A stretch of DNA of 64,000 bases from Guillardia theta CCMP2712. Taxonomy: Eukaryota > Protista > Cryptophyta. How positions within the stretch are numbered: position 1 is the stretch's first letter; every line of letters starts with the position of its first letter. The stretch is taken from NCBI RefSeq assembly GCF_000315625.1, contig NW_005434618.1:316429-380428 (forward strand), read 5' to 3'. Positions 53,268 through 64,000 of this stretch are shown piece by piece. Under the pieces are notes generated by a model that was given only the letters and a program-made list of their open reading frames with translations, made no database searches and was not told the origin of the DNA. A program made the position numbers and the translations under genes.

Positions 53268-56200
53268 TCTTGAGAATGAGAAGAGCCTGAAGAAGGAAGA
53301 CTCAGCTCAACAGCAGGCATGGGGTAGATTGTGAAACATGAGGTGAAGGGAGGAAGTTCATGCGGATCAGGAGGAGGAGGAGGATGGAGTCGGTGCTGGT
53401 CAAAGCCGACTGTGTATCAGCATGAAGGCAAGAGGATCGGGAAGTAAGGTGGGGGTGGGTGGGGGATACTTCTAAAAAAAATTGGTCAGCAATGCACGGG
53501 GTCACAAGCATAGGGAGATAGGGGTACTTCAAAAAACCATTGGTCCCTGCGGAGGGTTGAGGGGTACGAGGGGTGGTACTCGGTGGAATGTTGAGGGGTG
53601 TCTTTATAGGTTGATAGATGTATAAAAGGGGGAGGGTGGGGTCATCCAGGGGGTAGTTGGACACATAAGGGACTCTTCATATTACAGGGGACGTGAGGGT
53701 ACCATTTACGACGGGGGTGGTCATTTGTGAGGGGTGGGTGGATCAATTTGAAAGATTGGAACTTAGCATGAAACCTACTATCTCACAATTTGAAGATTTA
53801 GCCAACTCAACTGAGACATTTCAAATGTGTTCACACGTATCACGAATTTGTATAATAAAATGCAATTTGTTTTCACAACTTTTGAGATACATGATTGGAG
53901 TTGCTGAAAATGGAAGCAGGTCACCCAGGACCCCCTTCTTTGTAAGGGAGAAGCTGATCCTTGCCTGGGTGGGGTACGCACAACAAAATCTTTGCTTCCA
54001 TTCTTGGACGCAAGGTCCCCAGGTGTAACTAAAACCCGTACCCCGATGTGCTTGCGGGACTACTACTGGTCCCCTATTTCCCTATAACAACCACCCCCTT
54101 CTCGATATCAATGATCCCCCTTGTCCCATGTGACCTGGCGGGGTTGCGACTGCAGGAGGAGCGAGCAACGAGGAGATAAAACAAGCCCAAGGAAAACATC
54201 GAACCCCCATCTTATGCACAGAAACAGGCAGAGAGTCAGAAAACAAGAAAGACTCTGAGAATGCATGATGAAAAGTGAAGCCGCTGTGTCTGCTACCTCA
54301 GCAAACGAGGAGAAGTTGGCAATGCGGTCGGGACAAGCATTAGTCAGCACGCAGGTTGCGGTCAGGGCAACATTAAGAGCTTCGGAGGCTTCTTGTGCAG
54401 TCACTGTGTGTGTTCATGCGAAATTGCGATGATTGGACTTGAGAAGCTCACCAATACAGTACAGGAAAGCTCTACGAAGCAAAAAGCTAGGTTCACTGCC
54501 ACATGGGCATCAACCTAAAGCACTCAGAGATCGCATCGCTCACATCTACTGCACAGTACAGTTGCATTGTTGCTCATCATTTCCGAATTCCTAAGCTGAG
54601 AAAGCAAAGTTTTCTGAGTCCTGAGCACTCCAAGAAAGCGCAGAGAAGAGCGTGTCAGAGCTCATAGGAACCGAGCCCGAGTCAGACAAAGGCTTACTGG
54701 AAAGAAAGGACAGTTGGCGGTCTCGTACTCGTGTTTGAAACGGACTTCTCCTGGATAACCCAGGATACTCTAGTTCACTGTGAATCTCATCTGCCGAAAA
54801 GGACCCCTCTTGCAAGAACAGTGTACCCGTGTTGGCTTTCAAGCTCAGAGGACGGGGTTCTCTTCCCTACGAGAGAGCAAGGGAGACTCTACCCCTAGTC
54901 CTTTCCTTAGCCTACCGTACATAAGGATCAGCCTCTTCAGTCAGCTAGAGGGGTCTGTTCTCTCCTCATGTTGTATCATGCCACACACGCTGATCTAGCA
55001 TAGTCACTAGTAAACTCGACTGCGCCGTTTTAGCTTTTGCTGTAGACGTCTGTAATTTGCCCGTACAGCTTCGGGGTGAGACATAGCCCGGCCTTCAAGA
55101 ACTGACGGAAGTAGGGCTTTGAAGCTTGTTGGCGCTGCAATCATAGCCCCGGTTGACCGTTCGGGCCTGCGCCGGCCGGGCGCCAGCCTCCGAGGCGTGC
55201 CCGGCTGCGGCACCCGGTACCGTACCGTGGGGCCGCCGGGGCCCACGGTTACAGTACCCGGTACTTGAACGTACGGTCAGTGTATTTTATAATCATGATG
55301 ATAATAAATAAAGAAGCGAGGCGGGCACGGGCTGGGTTTTCCCTGTCACAAATGAGGATGCGGACGACTTGCAGGAGCAGTTCAAGGAGAGGATCAGGAG
55401 AGAAACAAGGAGCAGGAGGAGGGAACAGGAAGCCTTCGACCGGATCGACAAGATCGTGATGCTTCTTGTTGCTGTGTTGAGCGTCAGGGTATCAGGGACC
55501 AAGCACAGAAGTTTGCAGCTGTAGCTGTAGATTGTTGAAGATAGAACGAACAGGGGGAAACGCAGCAGCTTAGTGGAAGAGAGATGAAAGGTCTTAAATC
55601 TGAGAGAATCTCGCCAGGAAGGGAGGAAACTCAGATGTCACTTGAGTATTCATGGCAGGGGAGATGCATGCTTGGTGGGGAGAGATGGGGCACGATGTCA
55701 AAGGCTTGAAATGTTGGTTTAAAGCAGTGTAGCGGCGGCCTTATCTCGTTACTTCTAGATTCATTGCTCGGCGGGGTTTTCGCATCGGTGACAAGTGAAC
55801 GTGCGGAGCATGGAGGTGATTGCTGTGGAGTTTGGCGGGTCAGCCGAGTGACTCTCCTCAGCTGACAGACTTCTTCTTCATCATCCCCCTTCTCGGTGTT
55901 GCCTTCGTCGTCTTCCTGCTGGTCGGCAGAGGAGGGGAGCCTCGCGTGCAGGCAAAGATCCATGCCACGTCGTACTACAGCAACAGCCCTCACGTCTCCA
56001 GCAAGTCATACTGATGGTTTGTCAGCAAGGCCCTTGACACACCCATCATGTAGGATGACAGGAGCGCAGCCTTCTGTCTTGCAGTTTCTTACATACATGT
56101 AGTTTACACAGAGTACAGGGAAGTAATCTATTCTACACTTGTGTGATGAGGTGGACAGTGGAAGCTCATCGAAAGACCACGTGCCTCTCGTTGAGATTCT

Positions 56201-56592
56201 GGTAGCTGAAGAAAACGACATCACTCGGAAGCCCCTGCCCAGCAAGTGTCAAGTCGAAAGCACAATGGCCGGGATTCGGTGAGAATTGAGGGAGGGAAAG
56301 GGAGGGTGGGAGAGGGAGGGAGAGAGGGAGGGAGGGAGGGAGGGGGGATAGACAAGGCAGGGATAGAAGGAGGGAGAGGTGCGGAGGGAGGGTTAAAGGG
56401 GGCAGAGGATACAGCAAGAGAGGTGGAGGGAGGAGAGCACTGTTGAACAAGAGTCATACCTTCGAGCTCAGCATCTGCTCAAGCGCAACTTTGCAAGTGT
56501 CGGTACAGGAGTGGTTGCGACTCAGGTCGAGGACTTCGAGGGAAGGACTGGGATAACGGTCAGTAGAAACTCGGGAAGAGAAGACCAGATCG

Positions 56593-58644
56593 CTAACCAG
56601 TGGAACAACAACCTCTTGATCGAGCAAAGAATGCTTCGTCCTCGTCCTCCCTCCCCAACTCCTTGCTCCCGTATACCACCCGGCATGTCTGCTCGTCGCG
56701 TTGAGTGCAGCCCTTCATCTCAAAACCATTCTTGCCCGTAGCTTTCTTCTTGCACTTGAAGGCCTGGTTCTTGCTGAGGTCCAGGTGGAGCAGGGGAGGG
56801 CAGCTCTTGCAGAGGGCAGACACTATCGTCTCGATTCCCATCATCCCTAGATGATTCCCCGTGAGGAACAGATGCCTTAGGTGCCGAGCGGAGCTCAGGT
56901 AGTGCGCTGAGAGTGTCTCAGCCCCACTCCACCCGATCCTGTTGTTGGACATGTCCAGGCACGTCAAGCAGCGGTTGAGGTAAAGAATGTCGGACAGCCT
57001 TCTGCAGGAAGACTGTGACGACAGTCTGTTCTGGATCCTTAGTTCCGTTAAATTTGAAGTTGATATCCCCTCCAGCACCTTGGCGCATTCTTCCTGGTTC
57101 TGGCTCTGCCAGTCTTTTTCTAGTCTGCTTCCCAGCCGCAGGGTCGCCAAGTGCACGCAAGTCTGGAGGCCCCGGGCCATGGAGCCGGAGCCCTGGGCAA
57201 GGAGGTAGTTGCCGGAGAGGTCGAGGTAGGTGATGTTCTTGTTGGATCGCAGGACGTGCTCCAGGGCACCTCCGTTGGCGATGTGATTGCCTGCCAGAGT
57301 GAGCGACCGGAGCGAAGTTAGGAGGGACAGGTGCTCGCACAGGCGAGTGATGCCGCTGCCGTTCTCCTTCGCTATCCCTCCCTCGTCCAGCGGAAAGTCG
57401 TCGATGCCCAGCCGATGGTCGCCAAACTCGGAGAGTTCGAGGGAGGTGAGGGACGAGCATTTTCCTATGTACGGCGCTAGTGCGATAATAACGTGAGGGC
57501 CAGAGTCTGTCCAAGGCTTCGATAAGTTCAAGACTCTCAGATCCCTAGTCTGCTCAAGGAGGCGTGTCATCTGTGAGACGAACTGGTTCATCGATCCTGT
57601 GCCGATATTGTTGTCGCCCATCCACAGCTCTTGTATGTTGGCTCTGAGCGACAGCGACTTGCAGACTTCAGCTAGGCCTGTGCTGATGTCATGTTGGTTT
57701 GACATCTCGGGTTGCTGGGGACAGTTTCCTTCAAGGTTGAGGCTGATCAGTCCCTGTGCTGCATGCAGAAACCGGGCAACGAGGAAGAAATCCGAACAAT
57801 TCAAGGTCGAGTAGCTTATGCTCAATCTCTCGAGGGACTTGCAGTGAGACAAGGCGACAAGAACTTTCTCAAGCACGTGCGACCGGATGATGTTGTGCTT
57901 GCAGCACGACCCGCCCATGTCCAAGGAAACAAGTTGGCGACAGCTCTTCAGACCTCTGGCAAGATTCAGAGCGCCTCTGTCGCACATGCAATTCCGTGAG
58001 ATGTCAAGATGGAGGATCGAATGGCAAGAATCAAGGAGCTGAGCCACGAAGGAGAAGTCCTCTGCCGAAAGCGACATGTTCGACAAGGACAGCGATCGCA
58101 GGTGCTCCAAAGTCTGCCTGCACTCTACAGTCTTCCTGCACTCTAGAATCGATCTAAGACGGAGGCCTGAGTGCTTCAGGCAGTTGTTGGAGAGGACCAA
58201 GTCTGTCAGGCACGTGCTCCTTGCGATAAGGTCTGGCAGGGCCCTCACGTCAGACGCGAACATCGTGCTCGGCTGCCTGATGAAGTTGTTGCCAGACAGG
58301 TCCATGATCCTCAGTCTCGTCCACTTGGACTTGATCAGGGAGGTGAGGAACTTTGAATTTCTCACTGACTCCAGACCAGGCAAAACGAGGTCAACTTTCG
58401 CCATCTTGAACCGGAGGATTGCTTCGGACTGTACCAGCTCCTCCTTTCCATGCCTGATGTGGATGGTGATGTTCTCTGCAAGTAGCAGCTGCTCTCTGAA
58501 ACGATGGCAGACAGTCATCCCATGAAAGATCCGTGAGGGGATGAAGGAGAAAATTCTCTGCAAGATGTGGTCAGGCACATCGATGAAGTAGGAGGTCTTC
58601 TGAGGTGATGGCATCCGACCAGTCATGGTGACAGTCGAACTCAT
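56593..58644 (-). CDS. F-box-like + ribonuclease-inhibitor-type LRR protein (essentially intronless)
   Basis: 683-aa ORF with N-terminal FIDVPDHILQRIFSFI and many LxxLDLSxNxLxxxGxxxLA repeats. Confidence 0.88.
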   Translation of the reverse strand: MSSTVTMTGRMPSPQKTSYFIDVPDHILQRIFSFIPSRIFHGMTVCHRFREQLLLAENITIHIRHGKEELVQSEAILRFKMAKVDLVLPGLESVRNSKFLTSLIKSKWTRLRIMDLSGNNFIRQPSTMFASDVRALPDLIARSTCLTDLVLSNNCLKHSGLRLRSILECRKTVECRQTLEHLRSLSLSNMSLSAEDFSFVAQLLDSCHSILHLDISRNCMCDRGALNLARGLKSCRQLVSLDMGGSCCKHNIIRSHVLEKVLVALSHCKSLERLSISYSTLNCSDFFLVARFLHAAQGLISLNLEGNCPQQPEMSNQHDISTGLAEVCKSLSLRANIQELWMGDNNIGTGSMNQFVSQMTRLLEQTRDLRVLNLSKPWTDSGPHVIIALAPYIGKCSSLTSLELSEFGDHRLGIDDFPLDEGGIAKENGSGITRLCEHLSLLTSLRSLTLAGNHIANGGALEHVLRSNKNITYLDLSGNYLLAQGSGSMARGLQTCVHLATLRLGSRLEKDWQSQNQEECAKVLEGISTSNLTELRIQNRLSSQSSCRRLSDILYLNRCLTCLDMSNNRIGWSGAETLSAHYLSSARHLRHLFLTGNHLGMMGIETIVSALCKSCPPLLHLDLSKNQAFKCKKKATGKNGFEMKGCTQRDEQTCRVVYGSKELGREDEDEAFFARSRGCCSTG

Positions 58645-59346
58645 TCAAGAGCCATGAGCTCGATGTCAACTACATCGCGACAAGACAGAGGATCTGACAA
58701 GCTTCATAGTCGCTGCTCCATGTCAATCTTCGACGACTTCGTAGGCTCGTACCATCGTCAGCCTCCTGCTCCGCCCACTCAGCTGCAAGAATGGAGGGAG
58801 AGAGACGGTCGCTGCGGCCTTGAGGATGGAGACGAGACAACACTCGCCGTCGGAGGAGGAGAGAGGAGGAGGGGGATGGAGTGAGGAAATGAACGTGGAG
58901 AGGAGAGGAGACAGAAAGGCTTGTCCTTGCAGTGGTATAAGCAAGTACCACCGGTACTCGCAGATTATTCAAGGGGTAGGGGTACTCACCATCATAGGAC
59001 ACAAGGTTTTGGTCCATAGGGAGGAGCATTGAGGGTGGTCGATGTTTTAAATATAGGGGGGTAGTCCAGGAGGTACCCCATTTTCTCCAGTAAACGAGGC
59101 CTTAAAATCGTATAAATGACGGGGTGAGGTTATTGTGGGGGGTAGGGTTAATGTGTCTCCAAGGGGTGGGGGTAGTAGTCATCGGGGGTCCAAGATGAGA
59201 TGAGGCCGATGGAGTCTCGTCAGAAAATTTAAAAAGAAAGCGTAAAACAAAAAAGAAAACCCTTTTTTGTTTTGGATAGTGTAAAAGTCATAACGATCAT
59301 GTAACGTTAAGTGATAGGCTGATGCTGTAGGACAACTGAGGGTTGA

Positions 59347-59465
59347 GAGGAGAGGAGAGGAGAGGAGAGGAGAGGAGAGGAGAGGAGAGGAGCGGAGCGG
59401 AGCGGACAGGACAGGACAGGACAGGACAGGACAGGACAGGACAGGACAGGACAGGACAGGACAGG
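59347..59465. repeat. Compound microsatellite (GAGGA)n-(GCGGA)n-(GGACA)n
   Basis: Seen directly, upstream of the CLC gene. Confidence 0.95.
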
Positions 59466-59849
59466 ATAGGAGATTGGAGTACAGGCTGGATCAACGCAGC
59501 ATAATAGTTGAGACGAAGCAGGGGAGAAGCTGAAAGGGAAGGGGCGAGACAAGGGCACACGCGACGCGAGGGTATTGTGTGAGTGAGTTGAAGCAGCAGC
59601 GAGCAACTGAAGACAAGGTAGTCACCTTCATCGCGCGGCTCTGCACATTTGTTGAAGGAAGTGGTTGCGCATGAATTTGGATCTTCCTTTCGGACCCTCG
59701 TTTGGCTCAGCCAAGCGTCGCAGCCTTTTCCACTCATGGCACGTATTTCCACGTTTGCTGGATAGCGATGATACTGAGCGCTTGAATCTTGTTCTTGTTT
59801 GGCTGTACTAGAGGTGCGGTTCCTGGACAAGACCTCCAAGGTTTCAAAC

Positions 59850-62800
59850 ATGAAGACATTCCGCATGGAGCGGCTGGACAAGGAGGGAGGGACGAGAGAG
59901 AGGAGGGGGGGGAAGATGGACCTGGTAGAGTCCCTCCTCTCCGACCTAGGAGTTGCCGCTCCTCCCCTCGAGACGGGGCACTTGGCGACAGAGTCTCCCC
60001 CATCAGACAAAGCGGGAGCGGCAGTAGACACGTCGGACGATGAGATCGACGAGTGCATTGATGGTATACCGTCGCGGAGGTGGTTGGCTGCCAGGGGATC
60101 GAGGGCAGCGGCTAAGGGCAACAAGTGGCAGTTGAAGTCGACGCTTCGAGCAGCAAAGGACGCGATGAAGCGACTAAGGCCGATAGATTGGACCAAAATC
60201 CGCGAGAACACGCGGGTCATGCCAGGATGGGGCGGGGAGTGGGGCAGCATCGATGGGTCGAAGGAGCACGAGTCGCTAGACTTCGACCCTGTCAACAATG
60301 CCTACTGGATGGACTCATACAGGCACCTGCCCCGCACTCTCCGCGCGTTCAGTCAGGCGATCTTCTCCTCCAAGTTCATGTACCGATGGATCCTGACTGT
60401 TGTGATTGGAGTCTCGGTCGCTGCCTCTGCGCAGGTGGTTCAGAGCCTGATTTCCCTGCTCATCGGGTTTCGCAACCAAATGCTTCAAAGCCTCTTTGAC
60501 CAGCGGAGGACCGAGGCCGATATTCTCATCTTCTTCACCATGTACAACGCTGGGCTCGTGCTCATCGCCGGTTTTCTCGTTGTCTTCCTGGAGCCGCGGG
60601 CGGCGGCCGATGGCATCTCAGAGATCAAGGCCTACCTCAACGGCAGCAACATCCCCAACTGCTTCTCCGTCCAGACCATCATCGTGAAGCTGCTCGGGTC
60701 GATCTTCGCCTCCTCGGCAGGGCTTGCTTGCGGTCCCGAGGGCCCTCTCATCCACATCGGAGCAGGCATCGCGCACGCGGTGACGGCAGTGGACAAGATC
60801 TACACCTTCCTGCCCTGGCTGCCCCACTCAGTCCTCGCTCAGTTCCACAACGACAGGGATCGCCGCGAATTCATCGCTGCTGGGGCTGGTGCAGGCATTG
60901 CGGCTGCGTTCGGGGCTCCCATAGGAGGCGTGCTGTTTGCGCTGGAAGAAGCTGCTTCCCACCTGTCGCCGCAGCTGATCTGGAGGATCCTGACGTCGGC
61001 GCTCGTTGCCACCTTCACCCTGGCGCTGATCAAGTCGAACGGTACAGGAGGAGACATCAGCCTTGCCGGCCTCCTCTCCTTCGGCACGGCCATCTCCATC
61101 GGAGACGCCAAGGAGCGGACGCTGAACTCGGATGGCACGGACAGCGTCAGTGCTCTGGACGCTCCCATCTACGTCTGGGAGCTCTTCCTCTTCATCATCC
61201 TCGGGGCCGTAGGAGGAGTTTTCGGTGGTTTCTTTGGCGCAGGTTTCGATTTCCTGACCCCTCGGCGCCCCCGATCGCGATTCCTCAAGATGGTGGAAGT
61301 CCTGCTCATCTCGCTCGCCACGAGCTACTCCGTCTTCTTCTTCGCCTCCAACTACCCGGTATGCAGGAACGACGGCTCATGGACGTGCAAGGAGGCAGAC
61401 AACTGGGGCGGGTGGTGCGGGGGGGTTGTCGACAACACGACCTGCATCGGCGTGCGAGCGGAGTGCGTGAATGCTACAGGATGGGTGTGCATCGGAGGTG
61501 GGAACAATGGGCTGGCCTGCAGGGGGCGGGGGGACTGCGAGTGGAGGGGAGGGAAGTGTCATCCTCGCTATGCGACGAAGAAGTTTGGGGTGAGGCTTGG
61601 ATGCCCTGAGGGGCAGTACGACGAGCTTGCGACGCTCTTCTTCGGTAGCAAGGAGCAGAGCATCGTGAGGATGGTAACCCAAGCCTGGCCGCACGAGCCC
61701 TTCAGCAACACCTCGCTCTTCATCACCTCCATCCTGAACCTCTTCCTCATGCTCATCACGTACGGCTCTCCCCTCCCCGCTGGTTACTTCATGCCCAGCT
61801 GGCTGGTTGGCGCCTCCATCGGCCGGCTCTTCGGGCAGCTCGTCAAGGCGTATGTGGGAAGCAGCGTCTACTCGGGGGCGTACGCACTGGCAGGGGCAGC
61901 GGCGATGCTGGGAGGAGTACAGAGAACTTCGATCTCGCTGGTTTTCATCATCGTGGAATGCACTTCCAACGTTCACTTCCTGCTGCCGATCGTGACGACG
62001 CTCATGGTGGCCAACTTCGTGGCGCAGAAGTTCACCAAGGAGGGCGTCTTCGACATCTCTCTGCGCCACCACTCTCTCCGCTTCCTCCCGCACCACCCCG
62101 ACTGGCTGATGAGCCTCTGCACAGTCTCCGACGTCATGGCCAACCCCGTCAAGTGCCTCCACACCGTCGAGAAGGTTGGCAACATCATCGACCTGCTCCG
62201 CAACTGCCACCACAACGGATTCCCCGTCCTCTCCCTGGAAGGGAGCAGAGACGAGAACTGCATCCCCAGGGACCGCCTTGAAGGTCTCATCCTCCGTTCT
62301 CACCTCCGGCACATTCTGGGCACGAGGTTCATGCGCGACGGCAGCACGCGAGACAGCCTGTGGAGCCGAATCACCGCAGCCAGGATGTCAGAAGTCTCGC
62401 TGGACGGAGAGATCGAGCTGGTGAGGCGCAAGGGCGTTCTCCTCCCTCCTGCTGGTTGCTGACGTTGTCTTCAGTTCCAGCTCATCGAGTACAGGAGGAG
62501 GAAGGCGGAAGTCAGTGCGGTGAAGGTGCTGCTGAGTCCTTCCCGGTGGCCTCCGTCTCACGCCTTGCTGCAGGAATGGGAGTGGGGCATGTTCAGCACA
62601 GACGACCGGGAAAGATACGTCAACCTCGCCGCCTACATGAATGCTGCTTGTAAGGCTTCCTTTCTCCTCCTTCCTTTCCTGCCTCCCTTGCTCCTTTCTC
62701 CACCCTGTTCCTCCTCATCTCTCTCCTCCCTCCTCCTTACAGTGTCCTCGTTGCCATGTCCTTCTCTCTTCTCATCACATCCTCTTGTCATGTCTTCCTC

Positions 62801-63590
62801 CCTCCTCATGCTCCCTCAGGTTACAGCGTCTACTCTCAGTGCCCATTGTCAAGGGCCTACACCATCTTCCGCTCCCTGGGCCTCCGGCATCTCCCGGTGG
62901 TGAACCAGAGGTTCGAGGTGGTGGGCATGTTAACCAGAGCCAACTTCTCTGAGAGAGTTCTGTACGTCTCTCCCGCCTGCTGGGACTTGGCTGAGGTGGC
63001 TGCAGGCACCTTGCTATACACTCCTACTACACCGAGGAGGAGCTCGTCCTCGACGCCCACGACGCCCCCAGCTGGCCTCGACTGCACTCGCGAGAGGTGA
63101 GCGCTGTTCCCGTGCCTCGTCCTCTGACGGTCGTCCAGATCCTCGAGCGGCAGCGGACGCGAGAGCCTCTCAATGCCGGCAGCGAGCTCGTGCTCCTTGG
63201 CGGCCCCTCGGAGGGCTGGCAAAGTCGCCTGGTCAGTGCCCTTGAGCTGGGAGGGTATCGCAGGAAAAGGGAGAGTGACAGGAAAGAGCTTGTAGAGTAT
63301 CTCAGCATATCTATTCTTTCACATGCCGTTAATGCTTCCCGCTCTTGTCTGCGTGCTCCTCTTTCGCCTGGACGGCTTGTTTGACATGCTCCTTGTGGTT
63401 TTGTGTTACCTGCTTCTTCGCATGCTGATGCGCTGCTGGGATCGACTTGTGGACCTGCAGAAGAGGATCATCGACGAGATCGAGAGGAGGAGGTTGACCT
63501 TGAGCAGCTCCTTCTTGCTGAGAACCTTGTGCATGCGACGCTGATACAGGGCTCGGCGAACAGCCTGAGCATGCTGGAGAGCGAGAGGTG
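59850..63590 (+). CDS. CLC family chloride channel/antiporter (CLC-6/7, plant CLC-d-like) with two CBS domains
   Basis: GISEIKAYLNG, GPEGPLIHIG, DRDRREF, AAAFGAPIGGVLFALEE, GYFMP, HNGFPV and GLRHLPVVN..VVGMLTR. 3' end approximate. Confidence 0.95.
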
Positions 63591-63630
63591 AGAAAGTCAT
63601 CATCTCGGATACTGAGAGTGGGAAGACGAG

Positions 63631-63800
63631 GGGGATGGTTGACGGGGGGGGAGGGGGAGGAAAATAGAGGAGGGGATGGTTGACGGGGGGGGCGGGGGGG
63701 GGAGGAAGATAGAGGAGGGGATGGTTGACGGGGAGGGGGGGGGGGGAGGAAGATAGAGGAAGGGATGGTTGAGGGGGGGAGGGGGGGGGAGGAAGATATT
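63631..63800. repeat. Imperfect G-rich ~40-bp tandem repeat x4
   Basis: Unit GGGATGGTTGACGGGGG..GGAAGATAGAGGA. Confidence 0.8.
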
Positions 63801-64000
63801 GTACCTCTTCCGGACGATGGGAAGATAAGGGGGGCAATGCTGAAAAAAATCCTGTTCGTCCTCGAGGCATCATCCCCCTCTCTCTTCCTCCCTCTTCTCC
63901 TCCTCTCCTCTCTCCCTCCCCCTATCTTTTGCTCCCTCCTCTCCTCCTCTCCTCCTCCTCCCCGCTCCCATCCCCAGCATCTTCCGCTCCAGATGACCGG

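Noticed and set aside
54050-56500. Possible small genes (e.g. 54108-54404, 55820-56014)
   Set aside because: Fragments with splice-like signals but no recognisable domain or consistent model.

Overview
Gene-dense, intron-rich eukaryotic nuclear DNA with short GT-AG introns, CTGAC branch points, many intronic (CCTCT)n/(GAGAG)n microsatellites and two 100-N assembly gaps. Bipartite signal+transit leaders with an aromatic +1 residue point to an alga with a red secondary plastid, probably a cryptophyte such as Guillardia (inference). Supported genes in order: SNF2 helicase (SHPRH/Rad5-like, truncated), anoctamin, plastid-targeted M3B oligoendopeptidase F, possible CFAP96-like protein, AIR9-like LRR/A9 protein, DUF4336 protein, a giant (>3500 aa) surface protein, an EGF+LysM secreted protein, a Zn-finger/coiled-coil/pseudokinase protein, a Sel1-repeat protein, a hypothetical gene, a B-box/RRM/CCCH protein, a Reeler-ferric reductase fusion, an F-box/LRR protein and a CLC transporter. 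The main discovery is at 32.6-34.0 kb, which is nearly empty on the ORF track. It holds 14 consecutive phase-0 micro-exons (twelve of 3 nt, two of 6 nt), each one or two whole codons, separated by 79-112 bp introns with displaced branch points. Together they build the middle of a RING-like Cys domain at the N-terminus of the pseudokinase, a candidate single-codon combinatorial splicing system. All gene models are read by eye, and boundaries are approximate unless stated.
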